NCBI GenBank assembly: GCA_024641015.1
Contig: JAHEDU010000003.1
Coordinates: forward strand, 3,713-67,712
Reading direction: 5' to 3'
DNA length: 64,000 nt
Source: Micrococcales bacterium
Lineage (GTDB): Bacteria; Actinomycetota; Actinomycetes; Actinomycetales; Microbacteriaceae
A program made the position numbers and the translations under genes. The first letter of the stretch is position 1. Every line of letters starts with the position of its first letter. Below, in pieces: positions 1-9,946 of this stretch. The notes under the pieces were generated by a model. That model ran no database searches. It was not told the origin of the DNA and worked only from the letters and a program-made list of their open reading frames with translations.

Positions 1-1055
1 GCGATGTCCCAGACCAACGGGTATGACGCTTTGATGGACTTCTGGAGCGGGTTGCGCGACGGTGACTCGTATTTCGCACGCGTCACCAGGTGACCGACGT
101 GCAACGCGAGTCGCTCGATCAAGTCATCGTTGCGTAGTTCGATCAAGTACTCGTCGTGGACAAGGTCGAGAGCCTTGGCCGTCGTCTCACGGTCGGCCGG
201 ATCTGCCCGCGCCGATTCCGAATCAGTTCCGGGCGTGATGATGCGTGTGACGAGTTGTCGGACGAGGTAGCCCTCTTCTCGTGTCCCCAGGTCAACATCG
301 AAGTGACGTTTGACGAGGTCGCGGACGATTCCGACGACAACTTGCGCATCGTCGTCAAGTGGCTGGTAATCGGCCGGGAGCGTTTGACCCTGGCGAACAC
401 GGTCGACTGCAATCGCGAGATGAAGCAGCACCGCGTCAATTCCATATTCATTGATGATGAAGTGGTGATAGTCGAGGCGTTCGATCAGGTCGGTCTTGAA
501 CTCCACTAGCGACTCAAGATCGAAACGTTTGGCGATTGTGTCGAGCGACAACAACCCCGTGTCCGTTGTTTCGTGAATGAGCGTTGACAGGAGTCGTCGA
601 AGTTGCGGTTCGTCCGCGCGGAAGGTGAGGACGTTGTCGACACGATCGAGTTGAACCCCAACGTCATCGGCGATGGCACGGATTCGTTTGACGTCACTCT
701 CGATTGTCGGCACTGAAACGTGCAGGTCGGACGCAAGTTCATCGATTGCGACACCAACCGTGCTTTCCGCCAGCCGGTGAGCGATGTGGTGTGCGCGTTC
801 TCGGGGAGTGGACGGTATCGATCCGGGGGTGTCATCAAATGCAGCGCGATAGGCGAAGTACGCATCACGATTCAGGCGGTAGCCAGCGCTTGACGTCGCG
901 ATGATGTCGAATGGGTGAGCAGCCGACTTTGCCGCAGTTACGTACGAGCGAACACTTCGTGTTGAGACACCCAGGCGCTCTGCAAGCGTCGACGCGGGGA
1001 GCCACTCGTCGCTGGCGCGAAGTAGCTCAAGAAGTCCCGTGTACTTATCCGACAT
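1..1055 (-). CDS. PRD-domain (MtlR/BglG/LicR-type) transcriptional regulator, runs off the left edge
   Basis: Not in the ORF track because there is no stop in the window. Manual translation from the ATG at 1055 gives MSDKYTGLLELLRASDEWLPASTLAERLGVSTRSVRSYV (HTH) and a second HTH (IDELASDLHVSVPTIESDVKRI). A PRD-like segment (LIERLALHVGHLVTRAKY...RNPLQKSIKASYP) lies at the window edge. Divergent from the PTS operon. Confidence 0.88.
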   Translation of the reverse strand, partial: MSDKYTGLLELLRASDEWLPASTLAERLGVSTRSVRSYVTAAKSAAHPFDIIATSSAGYRLNRDAYFAYRAAFDDTPGSIPSTPRERAHHIAHRLAESTVGVAIDELASDLHVSVPTIESDVKRIRAIADDVGVQLDRVDNVLTFRADEPQLRRLLSTLIHETTDTGLLSLDTIAKRFDLESLVEFKTDLIERLDYHHFIINEYGIDAVLLHLAIAVDRVRQGQTLPADYQPLDDDAQVVVGIVRDLVKRHFDVDLGTREEGYLVRQLVTRIITPGTDSESARADPADRETTAKALDLVHDEYLIELRNDDLIERLALHVGHLVTRAKYESPSRNPLQKSIKASYPLVWDI

Positions 1056-1096
1056 ACCTGCACAAACTGTATCCACAAACTGTGCGGTGTCGACAG

Positions 1097-1116
1097 GCTT
1101 CCGCGGTCGCGGAAGC
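1097..1116. promoter_or_regulatory. Perfect inverted repeat GCTTCCGCG-GT-CGCGGAAGC, candidate operator
   Basis: 9-bp arms in the 133-bp gap between the regulator and the PTS operon. Confidence 0.5.
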
Positions 1117-1188
1117 AGATGTATGCCCATTTTGCTCGTGTCGTGGATTGTGCCGTGCCACAGTGGAACTCGTTCGAAAGGAGTGACG

Positions 1189-1536
1189 ATGCTCACAGTT
1201 GCCATCGTGTGCGGTGCAGGTGCATCCAGCACGTTCCTGGCTCGTCGCCTTTCGGACATCGCGGCGGCTGCCGGACACTCAATTCGATTTGCGCCCTCAC
1301 CACTCGACGTGGTGACGAACAACACCGCTGATCTCGTCGCGTTGACATCACACGTGGTGTCGGAGACGGTCGTAAACGACCTCACGTCGAAGGGGATTGC
1401 GCACCTCGTCTTGCCGTCGACGGTGCGAGGTGGGTTTGGCGCCGAGGACGCACTCGCGGCCATCACCGAATATTTCGGGAACAATGGACTGGAATCGGAA
1501 GCGACTCGTGCTTCCGCAGAATCGAAGGAAAACTAA
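1189..1536 (+). CDS. Stand-alone PTS EIIB-like protein (lactose/cellobiose IIB fold)
   Basis: VAIVCGAGASST phospho-Cys loop; RBS GAAAGGAG before the ATG at 1189. Confidence 0.8.
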   Translation: MLTVAIVCGAGASSTFLARRLSDIAAAAGHSIRFAPSPLDVVTNNTADLVALTSHVVSETVVNDLTSKGIAHLVLPSTVRGGFGAEDALAAITEYFGNNGLESEATRASAESKEN

Positions 1537-1802
1537 TGTCGACTCGTACCGCCACCATCGCGTCCGCCCACGGACTTCACGCTCGACCCGCCGCGCTTTT
1601 CGTGCAGGCTGTCAATGACTCGGGCTTGGACGTCACTATTGAGAAGGATGGTCGCGACGCTCCCGCCGGAAGTATCCTTGGTGTCATCTCGCTCGCGATC
1701 AACCAGGGTGACGCAGTCACCATCAGCGCAGAAGGCGAGAACGCGGATGCAGTTCTCGACCAGCTCGTCGCATTCCTCGAGACCGATCACGACGCCGAAT
1801 GA
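1536..1802 (+). CDS. ptsH: Phosphocarrier protein HPr
   Basis: GLHARPAA motif, 88 aa. Confidence 0.95.
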   Translation: MSTRTATIASAHGLHARPAALFVQAVNDSGLDVTIEKDGRDAPAGSILGVISLAINQGDAVTISAEGENADAVLDQLVAFLETDHDAE

Positions 1803-3472
1803 CCAACAAAGAACGCACACTGACCGGGATCGGCGTAGGCCGCGGCATCGTCGTGGGCGATGTCCGTCGCATGCCGGACCCGCTTCCCGAACCGGCGCAG
1901 ACGAACTCCACCATCGGACCAGACGCTGAACTTGCTCGCGCACACGCCGCGCTGCAGGCAACAGCTCAGGATCTTCGTGACCGTGGCGCCCGCGCCGGAG
2001 GACTGGCAAAGGAAGTCCTGGACGCCCTTGCGCTGATGGCGGACGACCAAATGCTCCTTGCTGACGTCAAGAACCGCATCGATCGTGGCGCGACCGCAGA
2101 ACGCGCCGTTTTCGAGGCGTTTGCAGGGTTTGCGCAAATTCTCGAAATGGCCGGGGGATACATGGCCGAACGCGCCGGGGATCTCGGAGACGTGGCTAAC
2201 CGTGTCATCGCTTACATTCTGGGAGTGCCCGCACCGGGTGTCCCGCAGTCGGACACTCCGTATGTTCTCGTCGCCCGCGACCTCGCTCCTGCTGATACCG
2301 CGCTCCTCGATTTCGACATCGTTCGTGCGCTTGTCACCACCGATGGCGGCCCCACCTCACACACTGCAATTCTCGCGCGCGAGAAAGGCTTGCCTGCGAT
2401 TGTCGGAGCCAAAGCGGCCGAGGTGCTGGTTGACGGTGACGTCGTTCTCGTCGACGCTGCGGACGGAGAGATCATCCTCCACCCGTCAGCGGTTCGTATC
2501 GAAGGTGCACTCGCAGAAGCCGAGGCTCGTCGTGCTGCCCGCGAAAACGCCTCCGGTCCTGGTCGTTTGGCTGACGGACACGAGGTCGCACTTCTCGCGA
2601 ATGTTGGATCGTCCAAGTCTGCAGCCGCTGCCGTGGAGGCCGCTGCTGAAGGTGTCGGGCTATTCCGCACTGAGTTCTTGTTCCTGGATTCAGACAAAGC
2701 GCCGAGTGTCGAAGAACAGCAGGCGGAATACACCGCGGTGTTCGAGAAGTTCCCTGGCCAGAAGGTAGTCGTCCGCGTCCTCGACGCTGGCGCCGACAAG
2801 CCGTTGTCGTTCTTGACGGACGAGGGAGAAGAGAATCCCGCCCTCGGTCGTCGTGGAATTCGTGCGCTGTTCGCACATGAGGAGATTCTGCGTGATCAAC
2901 TCACCGCGATCGCGAATGCAACTAAAGCCACTCGTGCCGACGTGTGGGTGATGGCTCCGATGATCTCGACACCTGACGAAACTGCACAATTCGTCGCGTT
3001 GTGTCGTGAATTGGGAATCGAGAAGGCGGGCGCAATGGTGGAAACACCGTCCAGTGCCATCCTCGCCGACCACATCCTCGCCGACGCCGACTTCGTGTCA
3101 ATCGGAACAAATGACTTGACCCAATACACGGTTGCTGCTGACCGTTTGTTGGGGACCGTCGCACACCTGCAGGACCCGTGGAACCCGGCGGTTCTCCGCC
3201 TGATTCGTGAGGTCGGCAAGGCGGGCGAGGCGACCGGCAAGCCTGTTGGGGTGTGTGGTGAAGCTGCGGCAGACCCGACGCTCGCCGTCGTTCTAATCGG
3301 ACTGGGAGTCACGTCTCTGTCGATGTCACCGATCGCGCTCGCCGACGTGCGAGCAGAAATTTCGCGTTTCACACTCAGTGAAGCGCGCGAGCTTGCCGAG
3401 AGAGCACTCTCGGCGAGGAGTGCAGTGGACGCGAAACGTGCGGTGTCCACTGCATTCAGTAACACCCACTAA
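1799..3472 (+). CDS. ptsI: PEP-protein phosphotransferase (enzyme I)
   Basis: GGPTSHTAILAR, GLFRTEFLF, SIGTNDLTQY and VCGE motifs. Confidence 0.96.
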   Translation: MTNKERTLTGIGVGRGIVVGDVRRMPDPLPEPAQTNSTIGPDAELARAHAALQATAQDLRDRGARAGGLAKEVLDALALMADDQMLLADVKNRIDRGATAERAVFEAFAGFAQILEMAGGYMAERAGDLGDVANRVIAYILGVPAPGVPQSDTPYVLVARDLAPADTALLDFDIVRALVTTDGGPTSHTAILAREKGLPAIVGAKAAEVLVDGDVVLVDAADGEIILHPSAVRIEGALAEAEARRAARENASGPGRLADGHEVALLANVGSSKSAAAAVEAAAEGVGLFRTEFLFLDSDKAPSVEEQQAEYTAVFEKFPGQKVVVRVLDAGADKPLSFLTDEGEENPALGRRGIRALFAHEEILRDQLTAIANATKATRADVWVMAPMISTPDETAQFVALCRELGIEKAGAMVETPSSAILADHILADADFVSIGTNDLTQYTVAADRLLGTVAHLQDPWNPAVLRLIREVGKAGEATGKPVGVCGEAAADPTLAVVLIGLGVTSLSMSPIALADVRAEISRFTLSEARELAERALSARSAVDAKRAVSTAFSNTH

Positions 3473-3501
3473 ATAACCAAACACAGAAAAGGAGCGAGTC
3501 A

Positions 3502-4647
3502 ATGACGACTTCGTCATCGCTTAAGGTAAGTGTCCAGAAGTTTGGATCCTTCCTTTCGGGCATGGTCATGCCCAACATCGCGGCATTCATCGCGTGGGGC
3601 CTCATCACGGCCCTGTTCATCCCCACCGGATGGCTCCCTGCATTGGGCGCTAACCCGCTCGACGCTGATGGCAACGCCCTGAACAACGGAGGCCTCAACT
3701 TCCTTGCTCTCGTCGGACCCATGATCGTCTACATGCTCCCCTTGCTCATCGCCAACACTGGTGGACGCCTCGTTTACGGCGCCCGCGGTGGTGTTGTTGG
3801 TGTCATCGGAACCATGGGTGTCATCATCGGTACCTCGATCCCCATGTTCATGGGAGCCATGATCGTTGGACCGCTCGGTGGATGGCTGATCAAGAAGGTT
3901 GACGCAATCTGGGCCGGCAAGATCAAGGCCGGTTTCGAGATGCTCGTTGACAACTTCTCGGCAGGTATCCTCGGTGCGATCCTCGCGCTGGTGTCGTTCC
4001 TCGGAATTGCACCGATCGTTCAGAACGTCTCGGACGCTCTGGGAACCGGTGTTCAGGCCCTGTACGACTCGGGCTTCGCACCTCTCCTCAGCATCCTGGT
4101 CGAGCCCGCAAAGGTCCTCTTCCTCAACAACGCCATCAACCACGGCGTGCTGACCCCGCTGGGAACGACTCAGGCCGCAGAGCAGGGACACTCGTTCCTG
4201 TTCCTCGTTGAGGCAAACCCTGGCCCCGGTCTCGGAATCCTTCTTGCCTTCGCCGTCTTCGGTGTCGGTCTCTCGAAGGCTTCGGCTCCCGGCGCGATCA
4301 TCATCCACTTCCTTGGTGGTATTCACGAGGTGTACTTCCCGTACGTCCTCATGAAGCCTGCGATCATCGTCGCAGCCATCGCTGGTGGAGCTACCGGTGT
4401 TGCAACCAACTGGTTGTTCAACTCGGGTCTTCGCGCACCTGCTTCGCCCGGTTCGATCTTCGCGGTTCTGCTTCAGACACCGCAGGACCAGTACCTCGGC
4501 GTCATCCTCTCGGTCGTATTGTCGGCAACGGTTTCGTTCCTCATCGCAGGAATCATCGTCCGTTCGTCGCGCAAGGCAGACCTCGAGGCTGAAGGACTGG
4601 ACCTCGCTTCGGCACAGGCACAGTCGGCAGCAAACAAGGGTAAGTAA
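3502..4647 (+). CDS. mtlA: PTS mannitol-specific EIIC
   Basis: VQKFGSFLSGMVMPNIAAFIAWG, FLNNAINHG, EANPGPG and GGIHEVYFPY motifs. Confidence 0.93.
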   Translation: MTTSSSLKVSVQKFGSFLSGMVMPNIAAFIAWGLITALFIPTGWLPALGANPLDADGNALNNGGLNFLALVGPMIVYMLPLLIANTGGRLVYGARGGVVGVIGTMGVIIGTSIPMFMGAMIVGPLGGWLIKKVDAIWAGKIKAGFEMLVDNFSAGILGAILALVSFLGIAPIVQNVSDALGTGVQALYDSGFAPLLSILVEPAKVLFLNNAINHGVLTPLGTTQAAEQGHSFLFLVEANPGPGLGILLAFAVFGVGLSKASAPGAIIIHFLGGIHEVYFPYVLMKPAIIVAAIAGGATGVATNWLFNSGLRAPASPGSIFAVLLQTPQDQYLGVILSVVLSATVSFLIAGIIVRSSRKADLEAEGLDLASAQAQSAANKGK

Positions 4648-4650
4648 GCA

Positions 4651-4950
4651 ATGTCTGCTGACCTCACCACTCTCGTCATCTTCGCGTGTGACGCTGGCAT
4701 GGGATCGAGTGCGATGGGTGCAACCATCCTTCGCAACAAGATCAAAGCTGCCGGAATCACCGACGTTCAGGTTGTCAACAAGGCTGTCGCCGACTTGGCT
4801 TCCGATGCGGAGTTCGTCATTTCGCACCGTGGACTGACGGATCGGGCCGTTCATATGGCTCCTGATGCCGTTCACATCTCGGTCGAAAACTTTATGGCGA
4901 CGCCGAAGTACGACGAGGTTGTTGAGACTCTCAAGTCTCAGCGGGCTTAG
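4651..4950 (+). CDS. PTS mannitol-specific EIIB (separate gene)
   Basis: IFACDAGMGSSAMGA motif of MtlA IIB. Confidence 0.9.
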   Translation: MSADLTTLVIFACDAGMGSSAMGATILRNKIKAAGITDVQVVNKAVADLASDAEFVISHRGLTDRAVHMAPDAVHISVENFMATPKYDEVVETLKSQRA

Positions 4951-4974
4951 GTTAGCGACGACCGAGGACTCACC

Positions 4975-5409
4975 GTGAACACAGTATTGACGACCGACGC
5001 CATTCGATTGAGTGGGTCAGCGACATCGCGAGATGACGCAATTGCCGAAGTGGGTGCGATGCTCGTATCCGCCGGTGCAGTGACTCCCGAATACGTCGAC
5101 GCCATGTTCGCGCGTGAGTCCTCGGTCTCCACCTACATGGGGAACCTTCTCGCGATTCCCCATGGAACAAATGAATCAAAGGACGAAATCCTTCGCTCTG
5201 CGGTCGCCGTCGTTCGATATGACTCCGAGTTGGACTGGGGAGGATTTCCCGTCCGGTTCGTGATCGGAATCGCGGGGAAGGGCGACTCCCACATGGAGGT
5301 CCTCGGGGCGATCGCAATGGTTTTCAGCGATTTGTCCGCCGTCGACAGACTGATCGACGCTAACAGTACAGACGAGGTCCTGAGCATTCTCGGTCTCGAC
5401 GCGGCATGA
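4975..5409 (+). CDS. mtlF: PTS mannitol EIIA
   Basis: STYMGNLLAIPHG phospho-His motif. Confidence 0.9.
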   Translation: MNTVLTTDAIRLSGSATSRDDAIAEVGAMLVSAGAVTPEYVDAMFARESSVSTYMGNLLAIPHGTNESKDEILRSAVAVVRYDSELDWGGFPVRFVIGIAGKGDSHMEVLGAIAMVFSDLSAVDRLIDANSTDEVLSILGLDAA

Positions 5410-6533
5410 CCGCGGTTCATTTCGGAGCCGGGAACATCGGCCGAGGCTTCATAGGTCTGCTCTTGCATAACGCAGGTCACCACGTGACTTTCGTGGACGT
5501 CGCAGGACCGTTGATTGACGAATTGAATTCTCATGATTCATATCGCGTTATCGAAACGGGCGAGGGCGCAGTCACCCACACCGTCACAAATTTCTCGGGT
5601 TTGAATTCGGCAACAAATCCGGATGACGTCATCTCGGCAATCGCGGACGCGGACATCGTCACCACGGCAGTCGGACCCAACGTCCTCAAATTTGTCGCCC
5701 CGCTTATCGCCAAGGCTCTTGCGGTGCGGTCGTCTTCAACGCCTCTCGTGGTGATGGCGTGTGAAAATGCGATCAGTGCCACCGATTTACTTCGCGCAGC
5801 AGTAGCAGAAACCGCAGATTCCGCCAGTTTGGAGCGCGGTCGATTCGCGAATACCGCCGTAGACCGAATCGTGCCAATCCAAGCGGAGGGTCAAGGCCTC
5901 GACGTCACCGTCGAGAGCTTTTGCGAGTGGGTCATCGAGTCGGGACCTTTTGCAGGCGATGTTCCCGAAATCCCAGGTGCTCGATTCGTGGAAAATCTTG
6001 CGCCGTTTATTGAGCGCAAGCTCCTGACCGTGAACACAGGGCACGCCTCGACTGCCTATCTGGGCAAGCTTCGCGGCGCCAGTTTGATCGCTCAAGCGCT
6101 CGAAATCGAGGAAGTCCTCGACGGAGTTCGTGCAGTACTCGCGGAAACTACGGAAATGTTGGTCAGGCGCCATGGTCTGGACAAAGAGGAACAGAAGGCC
6201 TACGCAGCGAAGACCATCTCAAGGTTTCAGAACCCCGATCTTGAGGACTTGGTCGACCGCGTGGGCCGACAGCCTCTCCGAAAACTTTCACGTCACGAGC
6301 GACTGATCGAGCCAGCAGCTGCACTTGCTGAGGCTGGGACAACGCCAGTTGCCCTCTTGAACGTTATTAGTGCGGCAATCTCTTTTGATGTAGCGGATGA
6401 CCCCGAATCGGTTGCATTGCACAAGCTGCGTGCGAGCCTGACTGCCGAGGAATTCGCGACGGCCGTGTCGGGGATCACCTCAGATCACCCGCTGTTTGCG
6501 CCGCTCGTCATGGCGATTCGTCGCGCACAATAG
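5406..6533 (+). CDS. mtlD: Mannitol-1-phosphate 5-dehydrogenase
   Basis: AVHFGAGNIGRGFIG, MACEN, VDRIVP and ERKLLTVNTGH motifs. Confidence 0.95.
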   Translation: MTAVHFGAGNIGRGFIGLLLHNAGHHVTFVDVAGPLIDELNSHDSYRVIETGEGAVTHTVTNFSGLNSATNPDDVISAIADADIVTTAVGPNVLKFVAPLIAKALAVRSSSTPLVVMACENAISATDLLRAAVAETADSASLERGRFANTAVDRIVPIQAEGQGLDVTVESFCEWVIESGPFAGDVPEIPGARFVENLAPFIERKLLTVNTGHASTAYLGKLRGASLIAQALEIEEVLDGVRAVLAETTEMLVRRHGLDKEEQKAYAAKTISRFQNPDLEDLVDRVGRQPLRKLSRHERLIEPAAALAEAGTTPVALLNVISAAISFDVADDPESVALHKLRASLTAEEFATAVSGITSDHPLFAPLVMAIRRAQ

Positions 6534-6537
6534 GGAT

Positions 6538-7395
6538 ATGGCCCTCAGCGCACTTCTGGCACTGCTCGCATCATGTCTGATGTGGGGGACGACGGGTGTT
6601 GTGGCTTCGTTCATGACCCCCGACGTTTCGACGTTTGCGATTGGGTCGTTCACGATGGGGGTCGGCGGTCTCATGCTGGCCGCCATCACCTGGCGTGATG
6701 TCCGCACAGCGCTGGCAATTCCCGCCGCTCGAGCGTGGATATTGTGGGGCGGGCTTGGAGTTTTGGTCTATCCCTTGGCCTTCTACACCGGGATGGATCT
6801 GATCGGTGTCGCCGTCGGAAATTCCATCGCGCTTGGATCCGGTCCGCTGTTCGCTGGACTAATCGAGTGGGTTGCAACCAAGTCAGCACCTACCGTGCGG
6901 TGGTTCATTGCGCTCGTCGTCGCGGGAGTCGGGCTTGTTTTCGTTGCCATAGCGCGCGGTGCCGACGGAAACGGTTCGCTAGCAGGTATCGGCTTCGGAC
7001 TGCTCGCGGGCGTTGCGTACGCCCTATATTCGGTTTCGGGATCCCGTGTGATTGCCGCGGGAGCGAATTTCCGTGGCGCGATGGGATCCGTGTTTGGAGC
7101 GGGCGCGATACCGCTCTCGGTCGTTCTAGCGTTCACCGGTTACCCGCTCGTGTCGGACGGACACAACCTGCTTCGCGGCGCGTACTTGGCAATTGGGCCT
7201 CTGGTCTTGGCGTACCTGTTCTTCGGTTACGCGCTGACCAAGGTGTCCGCCGCGACGGCAACGCTTGTCACGCTTCTGGAACCTGCATTCTCGGTAATCC
7301 TCGCGGTGATCATCCTTGGCGAGACTCTTCCGGCGATCGGCTGGTGGGGGACTGCGCTGCTGATCGTGGGGGTTGTCATCGCCACCGTGGGGTGA
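6538..7395 (+). CDS. DMT/EamA family transporter
   Basis: About 10 hydrophobic helices; WGTTG and TLLEP motifs. Confidence 0.85.
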   Translation: MALSALLALLASCLMWGTTGVVASFMTPDVSTFAIGSFTMGVGGLMLAAITWRDVRTALAIPAARAWILWGGLGVLVYPLAFYTGMDLIGVAVGNSIALGSGPLFAGLIEWVATKSAPTVRWFIALVVAGVGLVFVAIARGADGNGSLAGIGFGLLAGVAYALYSVSGSRVIAAGANFRGAMGSVFGAGAIPLSVVLAFTGYPLVSDGHNLLRGAYLAIGPLVLAYLFFGYALTKVSAATATLVTLLEPAFSVILAVIILGETLPAIGWWGTALLIVGVVIATVG

Positions 7396-7444
7396 AGGCT
7401 CGTAAATCCGCGGAAACTTCCGTGCCCGCGACTACTCTGGAGTC

Positions 7445-9937
7445 ATGAGCCACGACGACGATGACGACGACTTTGTAGTTCCTTCGGGAAGCCGCCGGTC
7501 GTCATATGTTCCGCCCACCGAGCCGGGTGAATTCGTACCGTCGCTTCCCGATGTCCCCGAGCAGGACGCACCGACATCATCGACGGGACCGGTCCCCACA
7601 ATCGGTGCAGCTGGTGACGATTCGATCGCTCAGACTCCGATTTTCGCTGACTCTGTAGAAGTACCTCGTGTCGATTCGCAGCCGACGGGGTCAATCATCA
7701 TCGAACTTCCGGTGGAAGAACTTCCGGTTGTCGAAAACTCTCTGGACCAGTTCGGGCTTCCCGTCGTTTCCGACCCGATCGATATCCCGCCCGTCGTGGT
7801 CTCGGACCCGCTCCCCAGTGCGGTCGCCGGCACCGGTTCGGTGTTCGACGACAACCGCATGTTCCCGCCGGCGATGACCACGCCAGAGGAGACTGTCGAA
7901 ACATTCGCGGAGGTCGTGGAAGAAGATCCGATCACTGAAGTTTTTGGCTCAGTTCAACATGACGAGCCCACTCACGTAGTCGAGCCGGTGTCTGTCGAAG
8001 TGCCCGACGAGGTTGCAGAACCCGAAGAGCACGATGAGCCGGTAGCAGCTGCCGAGCCCGAAGTTGTTGCGACACCTGCCGTCGCCGCGGTACTGCCTGA
8101 ACGACAGTCGTTGACTCCCGAGCAACTCGCAGAGGTTCTCGGCGCAAACGGCGGAATGTCCAGCAACGACCAGATGGCTCTGCTCGACTCGCAGATTCCG
8201 CTTCGCGAATCGGATGCCGCGGCCGTTGCTCAATTCCTCGGCTCGTTTGAGGGTTCGGATTCACCCGAGGCGCAGGCCGCGCGGTCGGAAGCTCGCCAGC
8301 GATTTGGGGATTTGGTTCCCGACTTGTTGCCCGCCGTCGGCACCGAATTTATTGACGACACCACCCCCGTCACGGGGATTCCGATCGTGGAACACGTCGA
8401 CCACATCGAAATCGTCGAGGTCGTCGAGGGCGAAGCGGGCGATGTTGTCGGCGTTGCCGTCACGGAAATCGACGAGGTTGTGGTTGACGCCGTCGAGCAG
8501 CCCGTCGTTTCCCCGCGTGAGATCCCTGCTGACGACCAGGCGTGGTCGTTGACGGCTCCGACGGAAGTTGTTGCAGACGACGTCGAATCCGTCGGCCGCC
8601 GCCACTGGTGGTCAGTTTTGGCAGTAGTTTCGGCAATTGCGTCGTTCGTGTTGTTCGCCGCTGGAATCGCTGTCGCCCAATCCGGCGCGGCACCGCGAAT
8701 CATCTTCGTTCTGGCCGGAGTGCTCACTGCCGTTCCGATCATTGAGTTTGCCCGACGAGGTTCGTCACAGACGGGCGCATCGTGGCGTGCATCGATCGAA
8801 AACGTACTCGGCCGTGTTGCGGGTCGAGTGACCTCGATCATCCTCGCCATTCTGACTGTCGTTGCGTTGATCGCTGTTCTTCTGGGGGCCTTGGACGGAC
8901 TGGGGCACGAAATCTGGGCATCCACTGCCGTGGGCAATGTTGTTTCGGGAATCGTTGCCGAAAACTCGGCGGCAGCGGCGCTCGTCGCACTGTCGCTGTT
9001 GGGTGGCACGGTCGTCGCAGCCTTGCCGCACAGACTTTTCCGCGCGAAGGTGCTCGTCCTTTTGGGCTGGGTCGTCGTCGGGACTGCATCGGTCGTCGCG
9101 ATGGGCGCGACGCTCCTTGCGATGACTCCGAGCGACTCGTTGCCCGGGTTCGATCCGAGCGTCACTGTGGCGGGTGTTGCGTCCGCAAGCACGCTGGCAC
9201 TCGTCGCCGCTGTGTTGTTCGGGTTCCAGGAAGTGTCGCGCATCCGCGAAAGCCGCACTGGAATCCTGTGGTTGTCGATTGGTCTTGGGCTGGGAACAGT
9301 TGTTCTCGCCGGTACCGTGACGGCGGCGCTGTTCGCGTCACAGGGAACTCACTACTTCTTTGGCCACAACCCGGTGCTGCACATCATTGCTCCCGCCGCG
9401 GCTCTCAACGTTGCACTTGGTGCCTCCGCACTAATCCCCGCTGTGATCCTCGTGTCATCGTTGGTCGCGCGTTTTATCGGTGGAGTTTCCACTCGCGACG
9501 ACCGTGAAGACCCGAACGTCGTTCTGCGCTGGTTATTGGTGTTGGTTCCGCTGGGAATCGGTGCGGTTGCCTATTTCGGACTGACTGACGTTGTCGTCAA
9601 CAACCTGCCGTCCCTTACTGCGATCGCGACTCCCATCGCCGCAGTCCTCGGCGTACTTGCCGCGCGCGGAATTGTCGGTCGCGACGTGCGATCCCGTGCG
9701 GCGAAGCGCGGACTATTGGCGACAGTGCTGGTTACCAGCGCACTCGGGCTCGGGTTCGCGTCGAGCGACGGCGCACTGTTTGAGTGGGTCGGCTTCATCA
9801 ACGCCACACTTCGACCGCTTGGTTACGGGTTGCTGTACATCGATTCGGCCGCGCCTCTCGCGACCGCATTCCTGTCTCTAGTTGTTTCGCTCGCCATCAT
9901 CATCCCGTCCACGCGTCGCGCCGCGCGAAACGCGTAG
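7445..9937 (+). CDS. Large membrane protein: acidic low-complexity N-terminal half and multi-TM C-terminal half
   Basis: About 385 aa rich in D/E/P/V, followed by about 12 hydrophobic segments. Confidence 0.8.
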   Translation: MSHDDDDDDFVVPSGSRRSSYVPPTEPGEFVPSLPDVPEQDAPTSSTGPVPTIGAAGDDSIAQTPIFADSVEVPRVDSQPTGSIIIELPVEELPVVENSLDQFGLPVVSDPIDIPPVVVSDPLPSAVAGTGSVFDDNRMFPPAMTTPEETVETFAEVVEEDPITEVFGSVQHDEPTHVVEPVSVEVPDEVAEPEEHDEPVAAAEPEVVATPAVAAVLPERQSLTPEQLAEVLGANGGMSSNDQMALLDSQIPLRESDAAAVAQFLGSFEGSDSPEAQAARSEARQRFGDLVPDLLPAVGTEFIDDTTPVTGIPIVEHVDHIEIVEVVEGEAGDVVGVAVTEIDEVVVDAVEQPVVSPREIPADDQAWSLTAPTEVVADDVESVGRRHWWSVLAVVSAIASFVLFAAGIAVAQSGAAPRIIFVLAGVLTAVPIIEFARRGSSQTGASWRASIENVLGRVAGRVTSIILAILTVVALIAVLLGALDGLGHEIWASTAVGNVVSGIVAENSAAAALVALSLLGGTVVAALPHRLFRAKVLVLLGWVVVGTASVVAMGATLLAMTPSDSLPGFDPSVTVAGVASASTLALVAAVLFGFQEVSRIRESRTGILWLSIGLGLGTVVLAGTVTAALFASQGTHYFFGHNPVLHIIAPAAALNVALGASALIPAVILVSSLVARFIGGVSTRDDREDPNVVLRWLLVLVPLGIGAVAYFGLTDVVVNNLPSLTAIATPIAAVLGVLAARGIVGRDVRSRAAKRGLLATVLVTSALGLGFASSDGALFEWVGFINATLRPLGYGLLYIDSAAPLATAFLSLVVSLAIIIPSTRRAARNA

Positions 9938-9946
9938 GTCTCTCGA

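Noticed and set aside
1045-1078. DnaA-box-like words TTATCCGAC and GTATCCACA
   Set aside because: Both are mismatched, there are only two, one lies in coding sequence, and there is no dnaA/oriC context.
143-1186. Several short ORF-track entries on both strands
   Set aside because: They are shadows of the minus-strand PRD regulator (1-1055), which the track missed.
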